Origin: Candidatus Amesbacteria bacterium GW2011_GWC1_47_15
GTDB lineage: Bacteria > Patescibacteriota > Microgenomatia > CAZETR01 > Amesbacteraceae
Assembly (NCBI GenBank): GCA_001001375.1
Contig: LCNU01000015.1
Coordinates: 1 to 60,290 of the forward strand
Direction of reading: 5' to 3'
Length of the DNA stretch: 60,290 nucleotides
The translations under genes were made by a program, and so were the position numbers. Positions 42,600-51,682 of this stretch are shown here, one piece after another (the stretch's first letter is position 1; every line of letters begins with the position of its first letter). The notes below the pieces were generated by a model. That model did not search any database, was not told where the DNA came from, and saw only the letters and a list, made by a program, of their open reading frames with translations.

Positions 42600-43671
42600 A
42601 TGCCGACGTGGCTGATTTTTATCATTTTATTGTCTATTCTGGTACTGGTCCACGAACTGGGCCATTTCCTGGCCGCCAGAATATTGGGGATTAAGGTAGA
42701 AGAGTTTGCACTCGGGCTGCCTTTTACCAAACCGCTGGTAAAAATACAAAGGGGAGAGATCCAGTACGCAGTATACCCTGTTTTTTTCGGCGGTTTCGTA
42801 AAGCTTTACGGAGAAGATAAGGAACCGGAGGGGGTCAAGGCGGATAAAAAAGATATCGGCCGTGATTTCTGGAGCAGGGGAAAAAAACAACGCATTGTGG
42901 TGATAGCGGCCGGAGTAGTAATGAATGTGGTATTGGCGGTGGGGGGATTTGTTTTGCTTTATTCCGTAGTGGGGGTGCCGCGTAAAACCATACAAAAAGT
43001 AACTGTAGCCGGGGTGGAAATGGATTCTCCTGCACAGGAGGCTGGGATAACAGAAAACGACCGTGAATCTGACTTTGGAAAGAGGCAGCGGCACCCCACT
43101 ATTTGAGGGAATTGTGGAAGGAGAGATTCAAAGGCAAATATTAAGCGTTGTCCCCCGTAAGAATCCTCCGGAGGGAAAAGGGGCACTGGGAGTGATGATT
43201 TCAGCCTATCCGTATCTGACTACAGAGAAATGTTCAATGACCAATGTCCAATGTTCTATAGGCGCATTGGAGCAAGGATTTAAAAGTACAAAAATTTGGA
43301 TAGATCGTGTATTTGAAGGCTTGAGAGGCATAGGCGGGAGCCTGGTACGGGGGAAAGCGCCGGAAGGGGTATCCGGACCTTTCGGTATTTATCAGCTGAC
43401 CGACACGGTAGCGGCTTACGGCTGGCTGCCGATACTGGAGCTTCTGGCTATTCTGTCCATCAACCTGGCGGTTTTTAATATCCTGCCAATACCGGCACTG
43501 GATGGGGGAAGAATGTTTTTTGTCGGACTGGAGTGGCTGATGCAAAAGAGAATTCCTGCAGAAACAGAGCAAAAAATAAATTCCTGGGGAATGGCGTTTC
43601 TGATTACACTGATGGTACTGGTATCCCTTCAGGATGTGATCCGGCTAGGGGTAATGGAAAGAATTTTTTAA
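42600..43671 (+). pseudogene. rseP: RseP-type M50 site-2 protease split by a frameshift inside the PDZ domain
   Basis: Track ORFs 42600..43106 (HELGHFLAA...SPAQEAGITENDR) and 43063..43671 (VNLTLERGSG...NILPIPALDGGRMFF). The junction near 43060-43064 lacks the middle of the PDZ domain and changes frame. Confidence 0.8.
43231..43257. repeat. CAAT-heptad element inside rseP
   Basis: TGTTCAA TGACCAA TGTCCAA TGTTCT. It contains CAATGTCCAAT (43242-43252). Confidence 0.85.
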
Positions 43672-43875
43672 GCTTGATTGCCGGTTATTTTACGACAGCT
43701 GATCGTTTTCGGGATAGGTAATTCGGGAAAGTCGCGACGATATTGATCGAGAATGCACGGCCCTTTCGGCCAAGTGCATTTGTATTTGGGTTTATCACAA
43801 GAAACAGGCTTTTTTTCAGGAAAATGTTTTTGCGGATCCGCGCCGTTACCGTTCAACGATTCTGTCATTACCGGA

Positions 43876-44793
43876 TTATATAATCAACATCGCGTCACCG
43901 AAGGAGTAAAAGCGGTAATTGCGCTTAATAGCAGTTTGGTAGGCACGGCTGATTATGTCTGAAGAAGCGAAGGCCGAGACAAGCATAAGGAGACTCGAAC
44001 CGGGTAGGTGAAAATTGGTAATCAGACCGTCTACGAATTTGAAGCGGTAGGGGGATTTTATAAAGATATCTGTTTGGCCGGAATCGGGACTGAGGTTTCC
44101 TGAAGTGCTTGACAATGTTTCCAGTACACGGGTTGTCGTGGTACCGACGGCGATAATCCGGCGGCCGGACGATTTGGCCTGACTGAGGCGACGGGCAGTA
44201 TCTTTTTTTAATAAAAATTGTTCTGAATGCAGTCTCCCTTCTGCAATTTGCTGCACAGTAGGAGGCTTGAAAGTACCGAGGCCGACATGAAGAGTAAGGA
44301 ATTCCAATTCAATACCATTATTTTTCAGGAGGGAGAGAAGGCGGGGGGTAAAATGCAGTCCGGCTGTGGGAGCGGCGGCGGAACCCTTATTTCTGGCATA
44401 AACAGTCTGGTAGCGGCGGCGCAGGATTTTTTCCGGGGCCGAATCGGGAATATAGGGTGGTAAAGGGGTATGTCCGTATTTCGTTATAAGTTTTTCGTCA
44501 TTTGAAGATAGTTTAAGAATTTCGGAATCTATGATATTTGCCCAGAAATCCGGGGAAATAATAACTTTATGGCCGGATTTGAAGCCGGGGCGGGAAATAT
44601 ATTTCCAATTACCGTCCGGCAGCCGGTGAAGAAGCAGGATCTCGACTTTACCGCCGGTCGGTTTGCGGCCGATGAGACGGGCGGGAAATACGGCGGAATC
44701 ATTGAAAACCAGGACGTCGCCAGCGGTAAGCAGGGACGGTAAATCCCGGAATATGTGGTGGGAGAGGGCTCCGGTGCGGCTATCTATAGACAT
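43876..44793 (-). CDS. queA: S-adenosylmethionine:tRNA ribosyltransferase-isomerase
   Basis: 305-aa ORF from the first ATG. The conserved QueA N-terminus (FTLPQELIAISPSNPRDSSRL) continues in frame upstream to 44883 without any ATG/GTG/TTG. Confidence 0.9.
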   Translation of the reverse strand: MSIDSRTGALSHHIFRDLPSLLTAGDVLVFNDSAVFPARLIGRKPTGGKVEILLLHRLPDGNWKYISRPGFKSGHKVIISPDFWANIIDSEILKLSSNDEKLITKYGHTPLPPYIPDSAPEKILRRRYQTVYARNKGSAAAPTAGLHFTPRLLSLLKNNGIELEFLTLHVGLGTFKPPTVQQIAEGRLHSEQFLLKKDTARRLSQAKSSGRRIIAVGTTTTRVLETLSSTSGNLSPDSGQTDIFIKSPYRFKFVDGLITNFHLPGSSLLMLVSAFASSDIISRAYQTAIKRNYRFYSFGDAMLII

Positions 44794-44945
44794 CAGGCGT
44801 GAGGAATCACGGGGATTGGAGGGGGAAATGGCAATCAGCTCCTGAGGAAGAGTAAATGTATGTGGTTCGTGCTTGTAATGAATATTATTCCTAACACGAG
44901 TTGTAGTTATAAAAATACGGTCGTGAAAGTTGGCTAATGGAGGGT

Positions 44946-45179
44946 TTATCCAGTTTTACCTATTCGGCTGAGAGCGACGGCCACCGCTTTATTGATTTTA
45001 TTTAGCTCTTCTTCAGACAAGCACAATAGTTTCTTAAGCTGTGCATCATTACGAAAAAGCAGCTGGCCGGGCGTAAAGGGGCTGTCTCCATGATACATTT
45101 TCCTATAAGCGACAGAGAATTCTTTAAGGCAGGTTCCTCTTTGTTCTTTGGAAATTAATGAAATACTCTGTGAGGTCAT
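44946..45179 (-). CDS. hypothetical small protein
   Basis: 77-aa ORF with no motif. Confidence 0.4.
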   Translation of the reverse strand: MTSQSISLISKEQRGTCLKEFSVAYRKMYHGDSPFTPGQLLFRNDAQLKKLLCLSEEELNKINKAVAVALSRIGKTG

Positions 45180-45276
45180 TAAGAAAGTCCGAAAATCTTC
45201 TGCGTAAGAAGTGCAGCAAGGATATTATAGTCTATTCAGGGCTTTTAATCAATGGGATTTTGGGTATAATACTGTT

Positions 45277-45732
45277 ATGCCGGAAAAGAAACCCAGACGG
45301 GATTTTGAAGGGCGAAAGCGTGTGGACGAGAAGGGTAAAACCCACTTTATCTCTCAGGAATGGGGGAATTTTTTAGCCGAATTGAAACAAAGGGCTAATA
45401 ATGTCCGGGACTACGAGGCAGATAACAAATTGCCATTGGAGTTTGCCGAAAGGATCGCAATTTCGGAACCGGGAATAGAAGGGGTCGAAAAAGAGTCGGC
45501 ACTTAGGGCTATTTGGACAGAAATAAATCGGGCCAAAGAAAAAATGTCGCCCCGACAGTCAGAAGTCATAGATTTGTTGTTTGAAGGGAAAAATAATTTC
45601 GAAATTGCCGTGGAATTGGGAATTACCGTAGACTTGGTAAAAATAGCCAGGGATGGAGCAATTCGCAGACTGAGATACAAAAATCCCAGATACCGGATAA
45701 TTACGAGGATGGTTGCCGAATTATTTGATTGA
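45277..45732 (+). CDS. sigma-70 region-4 / LuxR-type HTH protein
   Basis: MSPRQSEVIDLLFEGKNNFEIAVELGITVDLVKIARDGAIRRLR. The start is set at MPEKK because TATAAT (45265-45270) lies inside the longer track ORF 45211..45732. Confidence 0.6.
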   Translation: MPEKKPRRDFEGRKRVDEKGKTHFISQEWGNFLAELKQRANNVRDYEADNKLPLEFAERIAISEPGIEGVEKESALRAIWTEINRAKEKMSPRQSEVIDLLFEGKNNFEIAVELGITVDLVKIARDGAIRRLRYKNPRYRIITRMVAELFD

Positions 45733-46851
45733 ACTGATATATTCGACGGTACGGATCATCATCCGCAGATTATGGATTGAAGCCAGGCGGTAATACAGCA
45801 ATTCCCGGGATTTAAAAAGATGATGCAGGTAAGCCCGGGTAAACTGGCCACAGGCAGAACAGTCGCAGTCTTTGTCGATCGGGTTTGTATCGAGGCGGAA
45901 TTTGTTCTGGCTGATATCGATGCGTTCATTGGGAGACTGCATGTTGTACAGCAGACCAGCCCTGGCAAGACGGGTGGGGGCAACACAGTCAAACATATCC
46001 GCACCGGCGACTATCACGGATTTGAGATCGGAGGGACGGACGCCTACCCCCATGGCATATAGCGGTTTATCTTTAGGCAGAAGCTCCCTTACGGCAGCGA
46101 TGGCGTCCGCAGTCTGCCGGGGGTCTGAACCGATAACCGCGCCGCCGATGGCAACCCCGGGGAGATTTTGGGAGATGACAAATTCTGCAGACTGTTTTAA
46201 GAGGTCAGGGAATTCTCCGCCCTGGATGATGCCAAAAAGAGCGGGTGTACCACCCTCTTTAATTCCCCCTCCTAGTTTAGGAGGGGGAAAGGAGGTGGTA
46301 TAAAGACGGCGCCATTCTTTTATACATCTGACAAGCCAGTCGTGTGTGCGGCGGACGGCTGTTTCGGCACGCTTGTAGTCAGCCCCGGCGGGGACTGAGT
46401 CGTCGAAGGCCATGATTATATCCGCCCCGATTTGGAGCTGGGAACGAATAGCCAGTTCGGGAGTAAGAAAATGCAGGGTACCGCCATCCAGATGGGAACG
46501 GAATTCCACTCCATCTTGCGTGATTTTTGCCAAAGCGATATCTGCCTTACCTAAAGACTGGACCTGAAAACCTCCGGAGTCGGTGAGGACGGGAAGGGTC
46601 CAATTCATAAATTTGTGGATACCCCCCAAAGCAGCTATAGATTCTGACCCCGGCCTTAAATAAAGGTGGTAGTTGTTGACCAGAATGATCTGTGCCCCCA
46701 CTGATTCCAGATCCAGGGGTGAAAGGGATTTAACGGTGGCAGCGGTCCCTACGGGCATGAATACCGGAGTAGAAATCTGCCCGTGGGGAGTAGTAATTTG
46801 TCCCGTGCGCCCGAAACCTTTGAGGGCGCCGGTATCACTAAATTCAATCAC
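45721..46851 (-). CDS. tgt: queuine tRNA-ribosyltransferase
   Basis: 376-aa ORF with TPVFMPVGT, LTDSGGFQV, the Zn site CDCSAC...H and GIIQGG. Confidence 0.95.
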   Translation of the reverse strand: MIEFSDTGALKGFGRTGQITTPHGQISTPVFMPVGTAATVKSLSPLDLESVGAQIILVNNYHLYLRPGSESIAALGGIHKFMNWTLPVLTDSGGFQVQSLGKADIALAKITQDGVEFRSHLDGGTLHFLTPELAIRSQLQIGADIIMAFDDSVPAGADYKRAETAVRRTHDWLVRCIKEWRRLYTTSFPPPKLGGGIKEGGTPALFGIIQGGEFPDLLKQSAEFVISQNLPGVAIGGAVIGSDPRQTADAIAAVRELLPKDKPLYAMGVGVRPSDLKSVIVAGADMFDCVAPTRLARAGLLYNMQSPNERIDISQNKFRLDTNPIDKDCDCSACGQFTRAYLHHLFKSRELLYYRLASIHNLRMMIRTVEYISSIK

Positions 46852-46938
46852 CGATCGATTTTACGATAAAGGCCGATCGGATTATACACAAGTTGTCATC
46901 TTGACGGTAAAGCGGGTTTTATGGTTTACTGGTAATGG

Positions 46939-47565
46939 ATGAAAAATTGGGTGTTAGTGTTGGTACTGGCTTTGATACTGGCGGCGCCTATCTGGGTGCA
47001 GGCAAGTATGACGGCAACGGGGACAGGGAGTATTCAGCAGCGGCAGTTGAGACAGGAATGGCAGCAGAAAAGGGAGGAAAGCCGGGCGGAATTCCGGTTG
47101 AAGCTGACGGAAATCAAGGACGAGCGACGGAAAAATATTTTGGCAAGACTCAATGAGAGAGTATGTGAAATAAATAAAAACCGGATGGAAAATATGGACC
47201 GCCACCTGGACAAAATGGACAGTATTCTGGATAGAGTGGTGACGAGGACGTCCATAGCCAAAAGTGAGGGATTGGATACCGGGAGCGCAGAACAGGCTGC
47301 CAAAAACGCACGGGACAAAGTAACCGAAGCGAGAACGGCAGTGGATGTGCAGGCGGAAAAACCATGCGATCTGATGATATCCGGGAGTGAAAAAAACCTG
47401 GGAGGAGAAGTTTCCGGGTTGATCCGAAGGTTCAGACAAGATGTTGCCGGAGTGCAGGACAAAGTCGTCTCAGCCAGGAAAGCCGTGTCTTTTGCCATCC
47501 AGTCGCTGGCCAGAATAGTGGGAGAGAAAATTGCTCCCAGCAAAACACCTACCCCAAATCCATAA
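46939..47565 (+). CDS. secreted coiled-coil protein
   Basis: 208-aa ORF with a signal peptide and a charged helical body. Confidence 0.6.
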   Translation: MKNWVLVLVLALILAAPIWVQASMTATGTGSIQQRQLRQEWQQKREESRAEFRLKLTEIKDERRKNILARLNERVCEINKNRMENMDRHLDKMDSILDRVVTRTSIAKSEGLDTGSAEQAAKNARDKVTEARTAVDVQAEKPCDLMISGSEKNLGGEVSGLIRRFRQDVAGVQDKVVSARKAVSFAIQSLARIVGEKIAPSKTPTPNP

Positions 47566-47568
47566 ACT

Positions 47569-47820
47569 ATGAGTACAAAACGCAAAATCGATTCATTATT
47601 TCTGGCAGCAGGCGCGGTAATTTTTGCCGCCGCGGCGGTCGTACTTGTTTTCAAACAGGATCTTTTTAATCAGACGGATAAGATGGTGCAGACAGAAAAT
47701 ACCTCGGTGGAAGCCAAATATGAAAGCGTTAATGATTTGGTTCAGGAGCTGAGACAAACAGAGGATGATGGAGGAGAGAGTGAATTGTCGGAACTTGAAA
47801 AAGAAGCTTCGGGGCTATAA
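47569..47820 (+). CDS. small membrane-anchored acidic protein
   Basis: 83-aa ORF starting 4 nt after the previous stop. Confidence 0.5.
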   Translation: MSTKRKIDSLFLAAGAVIFAAAAVVLVFKQDLFNQTDKMVQTENTSVEAKYESVNDLVQELRQTEDDGGESELSELEKEASGL

Positions 47821-47881
47821 TAAGCCCTTTTTTCGGCTTGTCTTCGGGTGGGGATACAAAGTATAATCTCTGATTGTATAT

Positions 47882-48280
47882 ATGGATAGATGTATATTTT
47901 GTAAAATTGCCAATGGTACAGAAGAAGCCCAGGTAATTTACGAGGACGAAAAACACCTGGGGTTTCTGGATATTTTTCCGGTGGTTCCCGGCCAAGTTAT
48001 ATTAATTACCCGCAGTCATGAGCCATCAAACGTTTTTGAATTGCCTGATGAAAAACTATGCGCATTGTTTCTGGCGGCAAAAAGAGCAACAGGTAAGATC
48101 AGCCGGGGACTGGGTGTGGAGAGAGTGATTCAAGCAATGGAAGGGTTTGGCGTAGACCATGCGCACATTAAGCTGTACCCCGCAGTCAATCTGGCCGAGG
48201 GAGGATTGATACCGGTCGGGCACAGAGCCGATAAAATAGAGTTAGAAGAAGTCGCTTTAAAAATAAGAAGGGGGGGATGA
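47882..48280 (+). CDS. HIT-family (Hint-like) protein with variant triad HAHIK
   Basis: CIFCKIANGTEEAQVIYEDEKHLGFLDIFPVVPGQVILITRSH...VDHAHIKLYP. Confidence 0.85.
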   Translation: MDRCIFCKIANGTEEAQVIYEDEKHLGFLDIFPVVPGQVILITRSHEPSNVFELPDEKLCALFLAAKRATGKISRGLGVERVIQAMEGFGVDHAHIKLYPAVNLAEGGLIPVGHRADKIELEEVALKIRRGG

Positions 48281-48286
48281 TGTACA

Positions 48287-48475
48287 ATGCCGACTGTAGT
48301 ACGCAAAAAACCAGGGCAATCGGAAGACAAACTGATTGCTGATTTCAGAAAAAAAGTCCTTTCTGACGATGTCCTGCTGGAACTTAAAAAGCGGGAATAT
48401 TACCGCAAGCCGTCCCTGGTAAAACAGGAGAAAATTAAAGAGAGACGGAAAACATTCCGCAAACGGAGTTACTGA
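48287..48475 (+). CDS. rpsU: 30S ribosomal protein S21
   Basis: 62-aa basic ORF with DFRKKV...ELKKREYYRKPS...RRK. Confidence 0.8.
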   Translation: MPTVVRKKPGQSEDKLIADFRKKVLSDDVLLELKKREYYRKPSLVKQEKIKERRKTFRKRSY

Positions 48476-48888
48476 TGCTGACTGACCGGATAAAATCAGA
48501 TATGACTGCCGCGCTTAAGACGGGGGATGCCCCGCGGCTTCTGGTCTTAAGAATGTTGGTGTCGGAAATAGGATATAAACAAATCGAACTGCAGAGAGAA
48601 TTAAGGGACGAAGATGTAATTTCAGTAATCCAGAGAGAAGTAAAAAAGCGCAGAGAAGCAATTGTATCCTACCGGGAAGGCGACAGGGAAGATCAGGCGC
48701 TGACAGAGGAAAAAGAGCTGGAAATACTTTTGGGGTATTTACCCGCGCAGATGGGAGAAGGAGAAGTAAGGGAAGAAATTAACAAAGTGTTAGAGCGGCT
48801 GAGCACTGAAGAGAAGTCCGATTTCGGGAAGGCGGACAGAAATTGTAATTTCTCTGGTGGACGAAGCAGAAATGAAAAAACTGCATAA
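48475..48888 (+). CDS. yqeY: GatB/YqeY-domain protein, C-terminus replaced at a junction
   Basis: The YqeY pattern (IKSDMTAALKTGD...VIQREVKKRREA...EEKSDFGK) stops at about 48831. The last 18 codons are out-of-frame ybeY sequence. Confidence 0.7.
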   Translation: MLTDRIKSDMTAALKTGDAPRLLVLRMLVSEIGYKQIELQRELRDEDVISVIQREVKKRREAIVSYREGDREDQALTEEKELEILLGYLPAQMGEGEVREEINKVLERLSTEEKSDFGKADRNCNFSGGRSRNEKTA

Positions 48889-49105
48889 ACAGTATATGGA
48901 AACAGATGAAACGACTGATGTATTGTCATTTCCTTTGGAATTTGACCGGGTTTATCCCGACGGAATTACCAGATTGGGGGACATAGCGGTCTGCGTACCT
49001 GTAGCCGAACGTCAGGCACGAGAAAACGGGCGCAGTATTCAGGAGGAAATTAATTTCCTGGTCCGTCACGGAGCAATGCACCTTCTGGGAGTGCATCACG
49101 AATAA
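48857..49105 (+). CDS. ybeY: endoribonuclease YbeY, N-terminal ~35 residues missing
   Basis: TDVLSFP...LGDIAVCVPVAERQA...HGAMHLLGVHHE. The frame stays YbeY-like upstream to about 48836 (TEIVISLVDEAE) and then meets the yqeY frame. Confidence 0.7.
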   Translation: MDEAEMKKLHKQYMETDETTDVLSFPLEFDRVYPDGITRLGDIAVCVPVAERQARENGRSIQEEINFLVRHGAMHLLGVHHE

Positions 49106-49177
49106 AACGGGCAGTTTCAATCACGATTATTACATAAAATTGATACAAGACTAACAGGTTTATTATTGCATTAATCC

Positions 49178-49486
49178 ATGGCAAAGACGAAAGACATAGG
49201 AAATAAAGAAGAATTCAAGATCGCGGCCAGGGTTTACAGGCTGCTTGCGAATCCCAAGAGGCTGGAAATACTCAAGAATTTGAAAGAAGGCGAATTGGGT
49301 GTAAACGATCTGTCCGGAAAGGTAGGGGTGCGGAAAGCAAACATGTCCCAGCACTTGGCGCTATTGAGAAGTGCCGGCATAGTAAATGTCCGGCATTCAG
49401 GTGTGAACCGCTATTACAGCCTGGTCAAACCGCAAATCCTGGACGGATTCGACACGATTATCGGGCTAAATGGACGAAATAAGTAA
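49178..49486 (+). CDS. ArsR/SmtB-family transcriptional regulator
   Basis: LANPKRLEILKNL...NDLSGKVGVRKANMSQHLALLRSAGIV. Confidence 0.85.
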   Translation: MAKTKDIGNKEEFKIAARVYRLLANPKRLEILKNLKEGELGVNDLSGKVGVRKANMSQHLALLRSAGIVNVRHSGVNRYYSLVKPQILDGFDTIIGLNGRNK

Positions 49487-49579
49487 TAAATCGGACTTTT
49501 TTGCAACAGGCCTGGTATAACGCTCCCGGGTACCATATAACGCATTTTTGCGCGCTTAATGAATAAGATTTAGTTACAT

Positions 49580-49608
49580 TTGCCAATGGCAAAATTAAAG
49601 ATTATAAG
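49580..49608 (+). promoter_or_regulatory. candidate promoter for dnaX
   Basis: TTGCCA (49580-49585), 17-nt spacer, TATAAG (49603-49608). The -35 box lies in the palindrome TTGCCAATGGCAA. Confidence 0.3.
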
Positions 49609-49614
49609 AGGAAT

Positions 49615-51087
49615 ATGACACTGTATTTAAAGTACCGGCCGCAACAAGTTTCTGAACTGGATCTGACATCCGTGAGGGAAGCCATGACTAAATACCTGGA
49701 ATCTTTTTTTAAAGACGGCAATCTGCCTCATGCCTGGCTTTTTTCCGGACCCAGGGGTTTGGGGAAAACCAGTGCGGCGCGGATACTGGCGAAGGCCATA
49801 AATTGCCAGGGACCCGGAGGCAAAGATACAAAGGCTAAAGGAGATTTTGAACCGTGCAATGAATGTGAAATGTGTATTGCCGTGACTTCCGGTGCGGCGG
49901 TGGATATTATGGAAATTGACGCGGCTTCCAACCGGGGAATAGACGATATCAGAGAATTGAGGGAAAAAGTCCGATTGGCACCGATGAAAGCGAAATATAA
50001 AGTGTACATCATAGACGAGGTGCACATGCTTACCTCCGAAGCGGCAAATGCGCTTTTAAAGACATTGGAGGAACCACCCGGAAACACAATTTTCGTGCTA
50101 TGCACGACCGAACCCGACCGGCTGCCGGAAACAGTGATATCCAGATGCACGCGAATAAGTTTTAAAAAGGCGACCCTGGAAGATATTGTTTCAAAGCTGG
50201 AACGGGTGGCGAAAGCGGAAAAAATCGAGGCGGACAAACAGGCTCTGGAGATATTGGCAAAAGCGGGCGACGGCAGTTTCCGGGATGCGATCAAGCTTTT
50301 GGAGCAGGCGGGATTGCAGTCCGGAAAGCTGGATAAAGCGGGAGCAGAAAAAGTGCTGGGGATGAATACACAGTTATCTGCTGACAGGTTCCTGGAATTG
50401 GTATATGCGGGTGATGCACAAAAGGCATTGGAATTTGTAGGCCAGATGGTAGAGGAAGGGATTAACCTGCGTAGGTTTATTGAACGAGGGGTAGAATTAC
50501 TGAGGGAAAGATTGCTGGATGATATTAGCAACGGCCGGATATTGGGATTAATTGAGGGGCTGGAGAAGGCATATGAGAGGACAAAAACAACTGCTGTACC
50601 GCAGCTGCCTCTGGAAATATTTATTATTGAGAATTCAAAAACTCAAGCCTCAAAACCAGCAGAGGTGATCGTAGAAAAAAAGACAGAGAAGACGCAGAAG
50701 ACAGAATCGGCAAAACCTTCGGAAGAGGTGAAATATGAGCTGGGGGAGATGCAGGACAAATGGGCGGAGGTAATGAAAGCCGTAAGACCGAAAAACCATT
50801 CGGTGGAGGCACTGCTGCGGTCCACTAAACCATTGGGTTTTGACGGGAGGTCTCTGACGCTTGAGGTGTTTTATAAATTTCACAAAGACAAGCTGGAATC
50901 TGAAAAATGCCGGAGAATTGTGGAAGTAGCAGTGGGAGAAGTCATGGGAGTAGACGGGGTCAAATTGTTTTTCAAACTGGGTGAGAAACCCGCCCGAACA
51001 TCCAAAGTGGAAAACATTACTGCCGAAGGTGTGGATGAAGATATAATAAAAGCTGCTGAAGATATTTTTAAAGCAGAAGCTGTCTGA
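49615..51087 (+). CDS. dnaX: DNA polymerase III subunit tau/gamma
   Basis: 490-aa ORF with GPRGLGKTS (Walker A), the Zn module CNECEMC, IIDEVHML and SRC. Confidence 0.95.
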   Translation: MTLYLKYRPQQVSELDLTSVREAMTKYLESFFKDGNLPHAWLFSGPRGLGKTSAARILAKAINCQGPGGKDTKAKGDFEPCNECEMCIAVTSGAAVDIMEIDAASNRGIDDIRELREKVRLAPMKAKYKVYIIDEVHMLTSEAANALLKTLEEPPGNTIFVLCTTEPDRLPETVISRCTRISFKKATLEDIVSKLERVAKAEKIEADKQALEILAKAGDGSFRDAIKLLEQAGLQSGKLDKAGAEKVLGMNTQLSADRFLELVYAGDAQKALEFVGQMVEEGINLRRFIERGVELLRERLLDDISNGRILGLIEGLEKAYERTKTTAVPQLPLEIFIIENSKTQASKPAEVIVEKKTEKTQKTESAKPSEEVKYELGEMQDKWAEVMKAVRPKNHSVEALLRSTKPLGFDGRSLTLEVFYKFHKDKLESEKCRRIVEVAVGEVMGVDGVKLFFKLGEKPARTSKVENITAEGVDEDIIKAAEDIFKAEAV

Positions 51088-51096
51088 GTAGTTTTT

Positions 51097-51333
51097 TTGT
51101 GGCGCGCCACGCCGATGATCGCGCGATACTGGAGATGGATACACAGGCTTAATTACTTGACAGTGATTACAATATTTATTCATTCATGGAACTTGGGTTC
51201 TGACACCCGGAACTGGCCGATGGCAGGAATTTACTATGCAACACCACTGATAATTGCAACAGCCGCCGGGTATAAAATCTATAACAGCTTTAGTCGGGAA
51301 AAAAGAATTCCGGCAAGCCTTACAAAAAACTAA
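51097..51333 (+). CDS. 78-aa membrane protein, looks like the C-terminal piece of a larger haem-type membrane protein
   Basis: WRWIHRLNYLTVITIFIHS resembles ferric-reductase/YedZ-type helices. GTG start directly after dnaX. Weak. Confidence 0.3.
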   Translation: MWRATPMIARYWRWIHRLNYLTVITIFIHSWNLGSDTRNWPMAGIYYATPLIIATAAGYKIYNSFSREKRIPASLTKN

Positions 51334-51364
51334 CGGTTGTAATTTGGGGCAGATGTAGTATATT

Positions 51365-51682
51365 TTGCATATGGGTATCGGAGACGCATTCGGAAAACTG
51401 GGAGATTTGAACAAGCTGCGCCAGCAGGCGATGCAGATGCAGAAGAATCTGGCGGGCCAGCAAATTACCGTGGAAGAAAATGGTGTGAGGGTGGTGATCT
51501 CCGGCGATCAGAGAATACTTGAACTGTCCATCCAGGGATTATCTAATGACGTCTTAAACGATGTCCTGAATAAAGCCATCCGCAAAAGCCAGGAGCTGGC
51601 GGCCAAAGAGTTGATGAATGTCTCTGGCGGTATGGGGGGACTGATGGGCGGCGGGGGACAACCAACAGGTTCGGATCAGTAA
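51365..51682 (+). CDS. ybaB: nucleoid-associated protein YbaB/EbfC
   Basis: GDLNKLRQQAMQMQKNL...VRVVISGDQRILELSI. Confidence 0.9.
   Translation: MHMGIGDAFGKLGDLNKLRQQAMQMQKNLAGQQITVEENGVRVVISGDQRILELSIQGLSNDVLNDVLNKAIRKSQELAAKELMNVSGGMGGLMGGGGQPTGSDQ

Noticed and set aside
46954-47654. 161-aa and 206-aa minus-strand ORFs opposite 46939..47565.
   Set aside because: They are antisense shadows. The plus-strand ORF has a signal peptide and is followed by a tightly spaced co-directional gene.
49627-51183. Long minus-strand ORFs opposite dnaX (49728..50531, 50650..51183 and others).
   Set aside because: dnaX motifs are unambiguous on the plus strand. The antisense products are Ser/Pro/Phe-rich low-complexity sequence.
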